DNA of 64,000 nucleotides from Gonapodya sp. JEL0774 (Eukaryota), in NCBI GenBank assembly GCA_027604505.1, contig JADIIX010000001.1, positions 248,001 through 312,000 of the forward strand, given 5' to 3'. Both the position numbers and the translations under genes were made by a program. The notes under the pieces were generated by a model that saw only the letters and a list, made by a program, of their open reading frames with translations, made no database searches and had not been told where the DNA came from. Below, in pieces: positions 1 to 11,380 of the stretch; the stretch's first letter is position 1; the number at the start of each line of letters is the position of its first letter.

Positions 1-689
1 CGTTTCAGGCATAACTGGCACCCACCCCCCACTAGCGACACTACCGCACTCCCCGTGTCCCGTCCAAATGCAGGCTCGGAATCCATCTTCGGAGGGCAAG
101 CCGTTCTGCGAAGTATGCTCGAGAAGTGTTATCGGTGAGTCAACCAACCCATTCTACACCCCGCGTATACACTCAAGCAATGTACACTTGCCTTGAAGGA
201 TGGTCCGTTTGCTTCTCGCTGAATCCACACCAGTGTCCCGGACCTTGGTGCCCATCCGAAACCGTCTGTTGGCGCTGAATTTGACCCTGAAAGGTCTCAA
301 GGAAGGTCTCAAGGAATCCAAATTGCAAGGTTTAAGTACAACGGTGAGCGCAGAAGAGGTGGAGCTGGTACAGGTGGGTGATTCACAGCGACAACTCGTG
401 GCACAAATGCCGAGTCTGATCAGATTGTGCAATGATAATGATTCCAAAAGAATCGTCTCCGAGAGATCGAATCTTTGACCCACGATGGAAAATTTGTGGA
501 CGAGAAGGGTAACATCCCCGAAGGTATTTGAATGATTTAGTCAGTTCTTCTACCCGATTCTCACACAATCTCGTTCTTCCCCACCCGCGGTGTTCAAAAT
601 GAACCAAACAAGGCCAAGCCGAACTCCGTAGTCTTCTCGAAGAATCTTACTCTCTCGCTCATCAATTGCTCGTGCGAATCGATCGTTAA
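1..689 (+). CDS. 3' part of a DUF2408 / yeast YPL260W (Cub1)-like protein; 5' end lies outside the window
   Basis: Splicing GT-AG introns at ~135-198, 374-450 and ~524-612 gives GQAVLRSMLEKCYR-MVRLLLAESTPVSRTLVPIRNRL...NRLREIESLTHDGKFVDEKGNIPEGQAELRSLLEESYSLAHQL..*, matching the DGKF.D..G.IPEGQ repeat of this fungal family. Confidence 0.75.
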
Positions 690-1431
690 GACGGAAAAAT
701 CTGCCCAAACTCGTTGTCAAGGAATAAGAAATATTAAAAGAAGACGTAAAGAGGGCAACTGCAGAACTGGCCAACATCATACCTTATCTCTACGTAATGC
801 CTGTGGGGCCTTGATAACGACGCTTTCAATATGCCGAATTTCAATATGTATAAGACTCACACAATAGAGGAGAAAACTTTGAATGGCTGTCACTTTTGAT
901 CTCCGCACAAACAGTTGGGGGCTGAAGATTATCCTTGTGATGTTTCACAATACGATATCGAGAATGAAGAACCCAACCTACTGGGCTGCAAACTTGCCCA
1001 CTCTCTTGCCCCATGTCATGACGTTCCTATACAATTAGTCCCCCTCTTCTCCCATTCCGCCCAGTCCCTCCTGCCGCCGGTCAGTGTCGGTCCCACCACA
1101 CCACTTCATCGTGGGTCAATCAAGGCGGACAGAGAAGGGCTACTTCGGCTCAGAGAGCAATCACAGAGAGTATACATATATTCAATTATGGCAATATAAT
1201 CTCCCACAATCCACATGCCACTGGTGTCTTGTTTACAATTATGTTTCGGAATCCAAATTTGCCCAGGTTCGCTTTCCACACAACCTCGATCCCCGCTCAA
1301 AGTGTGACCATTTCGACCGCGCATTGCCGGCATCTTCCAATTCACCTCTTCCCACTATCCCCTTGATTTGCACACAAAAGTCTGTGCATGTTTAGTCCAA
1401 CCATCACCTTTGGCCTATCTCACCCAAGTTC

Positions 1432-4178
1432 TCACACACCAAACTCTTCCCCATTGATCGACGCTCCCCCTTGCATCGCAATATCCTGATCGTCCAGTAT
1501 CACTCCACCGGGCAACCCAACTACCCGAGGAGTCTTTGTTGGAGTCGATACGTCCGCTACAGCGGCGGCAGCGGCAGGTGTCACGGGCCCGTTCACCGGA
1601 CGGGTTAGCGACGATCGTGCCGCAAGGGGCTTTTTGGGAGGGTCAGCCATGGATTCGGTTGCGGGGAGGGCGACGGGTTTCTCAGTGTGTTCTTCCTTGT
1701 CTTGGTCTCGGTACTAAAGCGGGAATCGACAGGGTGGCGCATATGATAGAACCTTGAATTTAAAAGGGAGAAAAAGCGAATTGGATCTTACGTGGGGCTT
1801 CCCATTGTCAATCTTGAGGGAGAAGTCAATGTGCGGGACAGACTGGGTCAGCGAGCCCAACGAGAGCACATCAATATCTGTCAGCAAAAGTCGCATTGGT
1901 AACCCCTCTGTGCCAACCATGAGTCTCCCTTCCAAAACACAACTCACCAGGACAGAAATACTCGTGCACAGTCTCCTCGTTGATACCCCCACTCCCCTCA
2001 ATCAAAAACTGCCGTCCTCCTTGATCTACACTCCGACTCCCCCATCTCTCCTTCAATCTCCGCGCTACGACCTTCATTTCCGCAGGTTTAAAGTTATCCA
2101 GCATAATAATGTCCGCTCCTGCTGCGATGGCCTCGTCTGCTTCGTCCTCGGTCCGGCATTCCACTTCAATTTTCAGTGCGAAACCGCCTACTTGGCGTGC
2201 CATTTGCACTGCGGAGGTGATGGAACCTGATCCCGTCAACACAAAGAAAAACACCCCGATACGGTCAATCCGTGTCCAATATGGCATAAACCACATGAAA
2301 TCACCTTGACTCCAGATATGATTATCCTTCAGCATAATCATACTACTCAAATCCATCCTGTGTGTGTCGACGCCTCCGACGAGCATAGCGTACTTCTCAA
2401 CCATTCGGAACCCGGGAGTGGTTTTGCGCGTACCGGCGATGAGACCTTTAAACCCGTATCGAGCTTTGATTTGGTTTAGGCGGTGGGCTCTGTAGGGTGA
2501 CGGTGGTGAGTTTGTCGTTTTCAGGCCACCGCGGGAGTTCTCCAACTGTTCTGTCCGTTCCACTCCACAGGGGCGTGCCTAGACCTTCACGTACCTTGTT
2601 GCGATTCCACTCGCCCTCGCAATCATATTCAAAGCCGTCCGCTCGCCCATCAGCAAGTATCGTGCCTTACCCCGAACCCTGGCGCACTGCTTGATGGGTT
2701 CAAAGTATTCACCTTCCTCCACGAGCCATTCGACGGTGCAGTCGCATTGGCGGAACACTTCTTCGAAGAATGGGACGCCTGCGATGACGCCCTGGCAGGT
2801 TGAGAGGTGGGCATAGGCATGATTGAGATTGGTCCGAATGAGTCATCGATGGTCTCCATCACCAGGTCCTCGGCGTTCCGACTGCCACTCCGGACTTTTT
2901 CAATTCTCCGGTTGCCATCGCTCTTCAATAAAGACGTGGGAACTCAACACCGCACCTCTTCACCGCCTCAAGCACACTAAACTTCCACCGGCACTTTCGC
3001 TCCCACTCGGTCGCATGCCCTACATAGGGTCCCATCTTGACGAGCCCATTGTTCTCACACCAACCAACCGTTATTCACCGAAAATCCCATCCAACACCCA
3101 CCTTACTCTTGCCGTACAAAATCGCCTCCTGATCTGTCTCTCCCACCACGAAGCCACCGTAGTCAAAGACCTGTTCGATAGGAAGATTTCGCGGTGGGTC
3201 AATATTGTTGAAGGGGGGTCGATGAACCGAAAGACCTCTTGACTAGGATCTGCAAGAGTTCCTCCCCAAATCTTGAGCACCTCCTCGCACACCTTCCGCC
3301 ATTCTCATTATTTCATTCCTCTTCCACCACGTCGATATCACCATTCGAGCCGTCAGCAAATAATCCCCGACTTCATATATATTGCTTTCTGTCGGGGGGT
3401 CTGGTTCCCTCGTGTACCGCACCATCAACTCACCGGGATGTCCTCGTGGAACCATTCCGCGACCTGTTTCTTCCACTAGTTTCAGTTCAGTTCGAATGAG
3501 GATTTGGGATTTCGGTGGACCCCGATTGTTTTCCGTTGCGAATCAAGGAAAGCCGTCGGCATGGGTGAGCGTGGATGGTGTGTTCGCGGAGCCATTCCGT
3601 GTTGTTGTTATAAGAGTAAGAAGAATGTTGATGAAGCACCGTTGTAATTGAGGTTGGGAGAATCGTGAGAATTGTGCAAATTCCCTTCATCCAACCAACC
3701 GCACCCATCATCTCGTTGACATGGCAATAACGAAACGTGGAACTAGAATTCGCCCAAACCGAATTTCACAACTCCATGATCGAAAACTCCCCCAATCCCA
3801 CACTCCAAAGAAACTGCCGTCCCAGGAAACAAGCAAGGAATTCACCCATCGATCGATGGATTTACGGGGGCAAGAGAAGACAGATACCGGTGGTCCGTCT
3901 CCAATACTCACACTGGGTGGCAAAAGATGGTGAAACCTGGATCGCGAAAACGAGGTATTCCCCAATGAGCGTGGGACGACGGAGTACGGAGAGTAAGTCG
4001 GCAGGGGGTTGCCATTTGCCATGAGTCTCGAGGAGGCAGCAACAGTGGTAGCGGGTGAAGACACGGAGAAAGAAGGCAGGGAAGGTTTTGTTGGCCTTCG
4101 TTGTATTGGAGATGACAAGTGGTCCAGAGCATTTTGAGCTTCCTCGGCGTCGACTTCGCGGGCGACCGTTGGGATCAT
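1432..4178 (-). CDS. BNA6: Nicotinate-nucleotide pyrophosphorylase (quinolinate phosphoribosyltransferase), multi-exon, with low-complexity N- and C-terminal extensions
   Basis: Spliced motifs [31 protein letters not shown]...[88 protein letters not shown]. Start codon uncertain (4178 or a downstream ATG). Confidence 0.93.
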
Positions 4179-5222
4179 TTTGGCACTTGCAGTTTGGAAT
4201 TGGAGATTTGGCGGAGTCTGTGGTCAGGGGGATTGGCAGAAGAATAATGAATCCAGGAAGCGGTGGTGGGGGAGACATCCGTGGGCGATTCCGATGGGTG
4301 GCACAGCCGGACGCACCCGAAATTGCACCAATTGTCGCAATTGCGGAGCGAGCGTCGTTGTCATGTTTTATCGCGTTTTTCTTGTTTGGGCACTTTCAAT
4401 CTGAAGCTCACAAGGCCATAACTTTGGAACGAAAACGTCGCCGTTCCATGTTACTATCTCGTACAGAATACGTCATACATACATATGATAGACGCAACGG
4501 TCTGAGACGACTATACGAGAATGGGACACAGGACTCCAGGGGAACACTTGAAGCAGCTGGCGGAGAAAGCCGTTCATGACAACACGAGGACAGGGTGTAG
4601 CCAGTTCCTACGCTCTAGCTCGCTCACACTCAGCTTCGAAGTACATTCTAAAACCGTGCAGAAGGGAGAAGCCATGTTTGCACTGTACTCCGAACGTCGG
4701 TGCTCTATTGATGAAAATCACGCAGATTAGATGCTAAGAAGGAGCTGGTTTGTGTGAGGAACTGGAGACTGGACCCAAATGTTCAGCGCGGTGTCTCTCA
4801 CATTGGGTTATGGACCGATCACAGTGCGATGAGAACGCTTTGGAACAGGCGTGTTCCAAACGACAGTCTTTCTCATTGAGTCGCTCGTCAAAACCTATTG
4901 GCTGCAAGCCGGTGAGCACCATCGTCGTGACACTGAAGTTTCGATCACGACCCAGGCCCAACGCTGTGTATGCTTCAATGATTCAGTGCGACTCCGGCCG
5001 CGAGGAGGCACCATGACACTCCACCAAAGTTTTCCCTTCCTTCACTTGACAACCAGCAAACGGAGAAATATCAAAAACCTCTCTTGTAGTATATATATGT
5101 AAGACAAAGAGTAAGTAGTGAATAAGACTAATATACAAGAAGACAAAGACCAATTAAAACAGAATAACAATGATAAGAAGTCCATTCACCCTCAGCGCCA
5201 ATACACCTTCTTCCCAGCTAGC

Positions 5223-7600
5223 TCACTCTCCAAATATGTTGTTCCACGATGGCTCCCTGTCCGAGAGCTTGTGTGCAAATATGGAGCGGTGTGAGATGAT
5301 ATCCGTGATCATGCACCCCCTGACGCTCCGCTGCTCACCGTGAAATCAAAACTTTCGCAAATGTTGGAATATGTGATCAGGTAGGGAGCCATCGTGGTGG
5401 AGAGCGGGGGACTGCGTGTGGGTCGCTCGAATGCAACGAATGAGTGGGGGAGCTACAAAGCGGAGATGCGGAATCAAAATAGAAATTGGGAGGGAAGTGA
5501 GGCGGTGTCTGGAAGCGAATTAAAAACTCAAACAAACTGACTCTCTGGAGAAAAGTGTCGCACATCGCACCAGTGGAGCTCGGTGCTACCAGAGTACGCA
5601 AAGTCGAAGCGAGTGTCTCTACAAGTGCAGTACCAATTAGCAAGAAGTCCCGGATCACCGAAGTGCGCGACCATTCTATGCACTCACCCCCTATTTCTTG
5701 TATTGGCGCTGTGATCATGGTGGCCATTGGGATACCCAGGAGGAGACGCCATAGGGGGGAAGATGAACGCAGTGAGTTTTCCGGATTGAACATATATGGA
5801 GATATTAGGCAACCAACCTGAGGGTGTTCTTCACCCAAAATACTCCAAAATTTCCGCTGTCACGTCGATCTCATCTCCGTCGGGAAGGCTTGCGTACCAA
5901 GCCTGTACTTCCCTGAACTTCTCCTCTGTTGCTTCTTCGAGGAGTTGGTAAAGTGTTTTGCGACCCTTGAAGGGTTAAAAGTGAGAACCAACATCGTTTT
6001 TAATCGTAAATGAAACTGTACTCACCGAGTTGGGGAATAAGGCACATGCATCGTGATAGACGTGCCTGTACTCATCGTCCTCAAGCAGAGCTGTGAGTTT
6101 GCCAGCGAAACGCCGTCGAGTCTCTGAGTTGTGGCGTAGCTCCGCCACATCTGCCCTCAAAGCCGACCCGGATGGTGTGGATGAGGTGGACGTAGATGGA
6201 AGCTGAGAGCTCAACGCTGAACCGCCTCTCTGGCAAGTGCCAGGGCGAGGTTTGAATCGCGAGCCGGGACGGGCCGTAACACGAGCCCTATGCGCGGGGG
6301 CAGTTGCTGCGGGTCGTGTGTGGTTTGGTCTCGGGGTTTGCATCTGCGGAGTTGCATCTCCGATTGTGAAGGTGACTGCAGGAGGGACCGACGCAAGTGC
6401 CGGCGCAGCAGTTGGCGCCAAGGAGGGTGGTGACTCTTGTGCAAGTGTTGGTAGGGGTGGAGGTGGGGGCGCTGGCGGTTGTTCATGTGTCGGAATTGAT
6501 GTCTGCAGCAGTGATGCAGACGCAGACAGCACTGCTGCCAGAGTCGGGGCAGCTGCAAAGTGTACAGGGGGAGGAGGTTGAGGTAACGGTGCAGGTGTGG
6601 AAAAAGGTGCAGTATGACCCAGGTGGGATGCCTGATAAGATGCGTGAGGTTGATGCGACCACGAAGCTGAAAATGTGGATTTTCGCGATCTGTGAACTCT
6701 TCTGGATTGTGGCCGGGGGTGTCGGGAAATAAAGCAAGACGATCGTGCCCGCTTGCGTTGAATTAAACAGGAGAGATAGATCCTCGACGAACGAAGTGGT
6801 GCTTGGGTGCGAGGAGTCATGGGAAAGAGACCAAAACGGGGTATCGCGGAGGGTGGTGTGCCGAGATGCACGACGGAGATATAGGAGATGGGACGAACGA
6901 CGATGAGAGAGTGAGGAAAAGGAATGGGGGGTTGACAGGTGGCGGTGGGGTGAACTCTCTGGTGTTGGAGCGGAGTAAAAATGATTAGCCCGGAAACTTT
7001 GAGTTCGACGAGATGGAGGTAGAGGAGGTCGGAGAATAGAGTGAGGTGACAACAAATGGTTCGATTGAATAACGAAGGAGAGACGCATCCGAGAATGACG
7101 CGAGGGAGCCACCAGTGGAAAGGTTGATGTAACGGAAGCCAGGGTAGCCACCCTCATGGTCTGCCGGTCCGGGGGTAAGGCACATGAAGGCCGGGTGGTC
7201 CGACGAAGGAGGAGGAGATGCGGAAAATCATGGTGCGAGCGCGAGGAGGTAGCTGGTTGGGGTGGAGTTGGGGCATGGGATGCAGTGGATGTCGGATTCG
7301 GTGGTGGGACGGAAGCAAATGCTGGAGGGTAAGCAACGATACGGGCAAAACAATAATCTTCACGAATGAATATTCAATGTGGTTTGTGATGCCATCCGTA
7401 CCGAAAAGACTTACCTATCGGAGTTCCATTCACAGCAGCGTGCCTGGGTGACCCATCCAACTTGATTTGCCTGAGGTGGCCAATGTTCTCTCTGGAATTC
7501 AAACGACGGGTTCCAAAATTGAAAATAGCAGGTGGCGTATTGGATACCGATGCGTGCATCGCAGTAGACTTGGAAGAAGAAATTGGTTGCAAACCCATCG
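5223..7600 (-). CDS. Hypothetical multi-exon protein: Pro/Ser/Ala-rich region followed by an unrecognised globular-looking domain; both ends uncertain
   Basis: ORF 5975-6871 ends at a GTGAGT donor (~6025) and joins in phase 0 to GRKTLYQLLEEATEEKFREVQAWYASLPDGDEIDVTAENFGVFWVKNTL. Further small exons with canonical sites follow to ~5223. Confidence 0.45.
5244..5397. repeat. Perfect 15-bp inverted repeat, arms 124 nt apart
   Basis: CCACGATGGCTCCCT at 5244-5258 and its reverse complement AGGGAGCCATCGTGG at 5383-5397. Confidence 0.8.
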
Positions 7601-7844
7601 CAGCACCCTGCCATGAACGCTTCTGAAGATTCGAGCACCAAAGCTTTTAATGTTCATATCGCATTTCCTCTGAAATCTGCACTTACCAGTTGCTGGTAAT
7701 CAACAAGACGTTCCTCGGCAGGAGTGAACAGTGGGGATAACCCCAGCCCAGAGGTGCGACAATGCGATTGCTTTCTCCCACGACCGGTATCGAGGTGATG
7801 GTGAAACAGTATCGGTGCTTCCATTTCGAAAACCTGGGTGAGAT

Positions 7845-8820
7845 TCAGCAAGCAATCAATGTCAACTGTCTCATGCTGCCAGCATTTTCGGAAATAGAGA
7901 GAAGTTGGAGAAGTCCCACCTTTTTCTGCTTCTTTGAAACAACATCTAACCGCACAATAGGCTTTGCATCTAAGGTCTTTCGCTCTGCAAGAGGCGAACA
8001 TCTCCAGTATTGGAGCCAGTATTCCTTAGCTCCGAGCTCAAAAACTCGGCAAATTTCGAATAGTATGTTGTAGAGAGCTGGTGCAAGTACAAATAGCCAC
8101 ACAGCCACCGTTATCATCAAAGAATAGCCAAGGAAGAATAAAATTCTTGTGAAATCCCATGAGAAAATGTTTCAATAACGTCGGAAAACGAGTGAAGCAA
8201 GTCCATTGTGGCAATCATCACCCACCGAGTCGTGCAATGGATAATAACATTTGCGCACTGTAAAATAAATATGCCTATAGAAGCTTAAGAGGTAAAACAA
8301 GTGCATTTTACAAAATTAAATGACTAAAACTTGACTTACCTAGTACACAACCGATGTGGAGGACACAAGTCTTGGGCACCAGTGCTGAAGCCGTAATCAA
8401 CAGAGACCACGCAGAGCGGAGAACGAAGGTGAGAATCTCCACAATAGTTTCTGCAAAGAGGAACGCAAGAATGGTCGTTCCATGCGCGACAATATATATT
8501 GCAAGAGTGACGTCCGCAACAACTGCACAAACCGGTGCGTTATTGACACGAAAACGAGGGACTGATTCTGAACATACCAGCGAACAAAAGAATCCCATAA
8601 CGCACGTGTTGCAATGCTAGATTAATAAATAGCACAGCTGTTCCAGGCCCCGCGAAGAACCCTTCAAGCTGGCTGCGGAAGTCATCGAAATAGAATTCCA
8701 CCGCTGCTTCCTGTCCGCCGAGTCCAAAGACAACAGCATCGAGTACGCAAGCGGGGTGAGAGAAGAAGCCGAGTACGAGTAGCCAGACCAGAATGAAGAT
8801 TACCGAGAAGATCATATAGC
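7845..8820 (-). CDS. Putative multi-pass membrane protein or pseudogene, family unknown
   Basis: Three hydrophobic segments (MIFSVIFILVWLLVLGFF; VTLAIYIVAHGTTILAFLFAETIVEILTFVL; ILFFLGYSLMITVAVWLFVLAPALY) with plausible GTATGT/GTAAGT donors. No clear start and one ambiguous junction. Confidence 0.3.
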
Positions 8821-9213
8821 TGAGGAGAGAGGGCAGGGGCGGGGGAGAAACACAGATTCAGCAAAGCAGCCAGTAGGATGCAGACACATTGGCAACCGTC
8901 TCATGGGAGCAGCTGGTCTTGTCCGCGGTCTAGCTCGAGAGTTCTTGGAAGACGAGCGGGACACGTTCCGACAACGCCAGCGGGGGGCTCATGAACGAAT
9001 CACGGCAGTCACGCGCTCTAATCGACCAAGAACCCGAGCTGGGACCGCTGACAACGCTTGCGCTCAACCACTTGGACGGATGGAATACAAACTGAGACAT
9101 TGGGGTTAGACCCGGGAAGCCCGCCTTAAATGTCCTTTTTATTAGGTGGTCACATGACTGGCAGTTCAAGACAGACCGTTCGACGCAGTATTTCCTGTAC
9201 AAGGTCGATTTCA

Positions 9214-9251
9214 AACAGCTCCGAAAGATAATCGAACAGCTCCGAAAGATA
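9214..9251. repeat. 17-bp direct duplication
   Basis: AACAGCTCCGAAAGATA occurs twice, separated by 4 nt. Confidence 0.8.
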
Positions 9252-11380
9252 TGAACTCTGTTGCCTCTCCAACACTTCCCCCCTGCCGACTCTTTTTTTT
9301 CTTTTGCAAAATTTGCAATCTATCTATAGTACGATACTTTGAGGGTGGGGAGAAACCAATAAACAAGATAATAGCGGAACCGGAATCTTGGAGAAGTCGT
9401 ACGGAGATCCCTGCATATGAATCATGGATGCCTTCGTCATTGTCCACGAATATAGTGATATATCTGTTGATGGGACTGAGGACGATGGTCTGCATTAATA
9501 CTGATGTCCGATTTGCAATGTGGACGTCCGGAGACGTGGTCTTGACATCATAGGAAGCGCCTCGTGTGACGAGAAGCATATACACGATATAGCGAGTCGG
9601 AGAAAAAGTTGCGTAGAGCAGACAACTGTCCAAAGAGGGCGGTGTCCGCTCAATGCAACTTCCTCTCCTTCGAGTTTTGCAAATATGATTCATCCGCGAA
9701 GAATCAGCCAATCCAAACACCGAACAATAAGCCGACTTAAGAGTCCATTTGTGCATCACAAGTTGTCGAGTACAGATTCCGCGTCAACGAGGGCAGGAGA
9801 GAGTGGGAGAGAGTCATCCATTCAAACTCGGAACCGTTGCTCTTCCGGAAGCGATGCTGTCTTGTCCACACAGAGAAAAACAACAAAGGCAAGTGAGTTG
9901 AGAACGCACGAGATCGTAGCGGCAGCAATCATATGACAACTACTAGGAGAGACATCCAGCAGAGCATTATCGGGTTTCCGGAGCAACTGATTGCCGATCC
10001 CAGGAGATGCAAGAGTGTCATGTTATCAGCGCAAGATGAGAGCGCATTTTGTGCGTCGCCACAAGATTTCGGATCCGCAACAATAGTAATCGGGGAGAGC
10101 ATTGTGGTGTTGGGTGGTGAGGACAGTTCCCCGCCACAACTAAGGGTGTGGGAACAGCACTAGGAAAAGGAGATACATGTTTCCCCACAAAGCTGCTCAC
10201 CGAGTCCTGTCATCAAGCTCCGAGATTCCCTGATTTGATTGTCCCGACTATGAGTGCGGCTTCGAAGACTCTCGGAGTGAGCTTAATGCCTTTTCCAGAA
10301 TCCACATCTCCAAGAACGAAGCGGGACGCTGCTCCTGTGCCCCATTACAGATACGTCTTTGAAACCAACATTAAGCCGCAAGCCTCGTGCCCATAGGGAT
10401 CGCAGACTCGCATACACAGATGACAAATGTCTTATGTTGGTTGTCGGCGGCGCAGGAGGACAGTTGTCCACCGAGCGTACATGCCACCGCGTATCTCGTT
10501 ATCAAGGGGAAGATGAGCACGAAAAGTAACAGACTTGGTGTATTCTGTTGGATCTCATCGCCGATCGAATCATGAAGTCCATGGGAACTTCTCGGTACGA
10601 ACAACTGCGATCATGCAGAGGGGACAAAGAAAAGAATCTTGAGCACCAAGCTCGTGCAGATTGGTTACATTTAGCGACTTAGTGGATTCGGTGAAAACGA
10701 AGCAGATAGATCGGATCGCAGAAACAGGAATTCACTCACTCAAGTGTCACCATGCTTTCTCCCACTTTTTCTTGGATGTTGAGAGAGAGAGAATCACAGT
10801 TTCTCTCATTAAGTCCTTTCTGTTATTGTGCCCTGACATGATCTGTCAAGGTCAGCGTGTGGAGATGATGCTCCAGGCGGTGACGGGAGGAATAACGGAT
10901 GTACTATGAGGATCATGCGCGGTGGAACGACGGAGATTTTCAGTTTAGGTCGATTGTATGAACGTGATCGACTAGACTCAATCCCAGTTGGGAAAGTAAT
11001 CGCGTGAGATGAGATCATGACTAGACAAGCGAGGCCACGACTATTGCCCATTTTCAACCGAAGCACGAACCGAGAAAATGCTGAATCACTCCTCCAATCC
11101 ATAATCGTCCTCTGACCCGTTGCATGGCGTAACTGGCTATGCAGGGGCAAATGGGGCTGCGTGAAGGCACGGCATTGGACTATCATTGAGATCGAGATGA
11201 CAGGAGAAGGTGGACACGATCCAGGTCAAAGTACTTGAGATCTTCGAGTTCCGAGAGGGTAGTGACCTGGTCATATTAGATATGAACGTAGAGAACAGGT
11301 TTGTTGGCTTTACTTTTTCATATCGATCAGTGACCACACCACCAGCGTCATCTGTCTTGGTGCACAGCTCCACCCCCACA

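Noticed and set aside
8172..8174. In-frame TGA in one splice model of the membrane ORF (RRY*NIFSW), considered as selenocysteine or readthrough
   Set aside because: No redox motif or recognisable SECIS; an alternative intron (GTGGGT...ACAAG) removes it, and a simple nonsense mutation is equally likely
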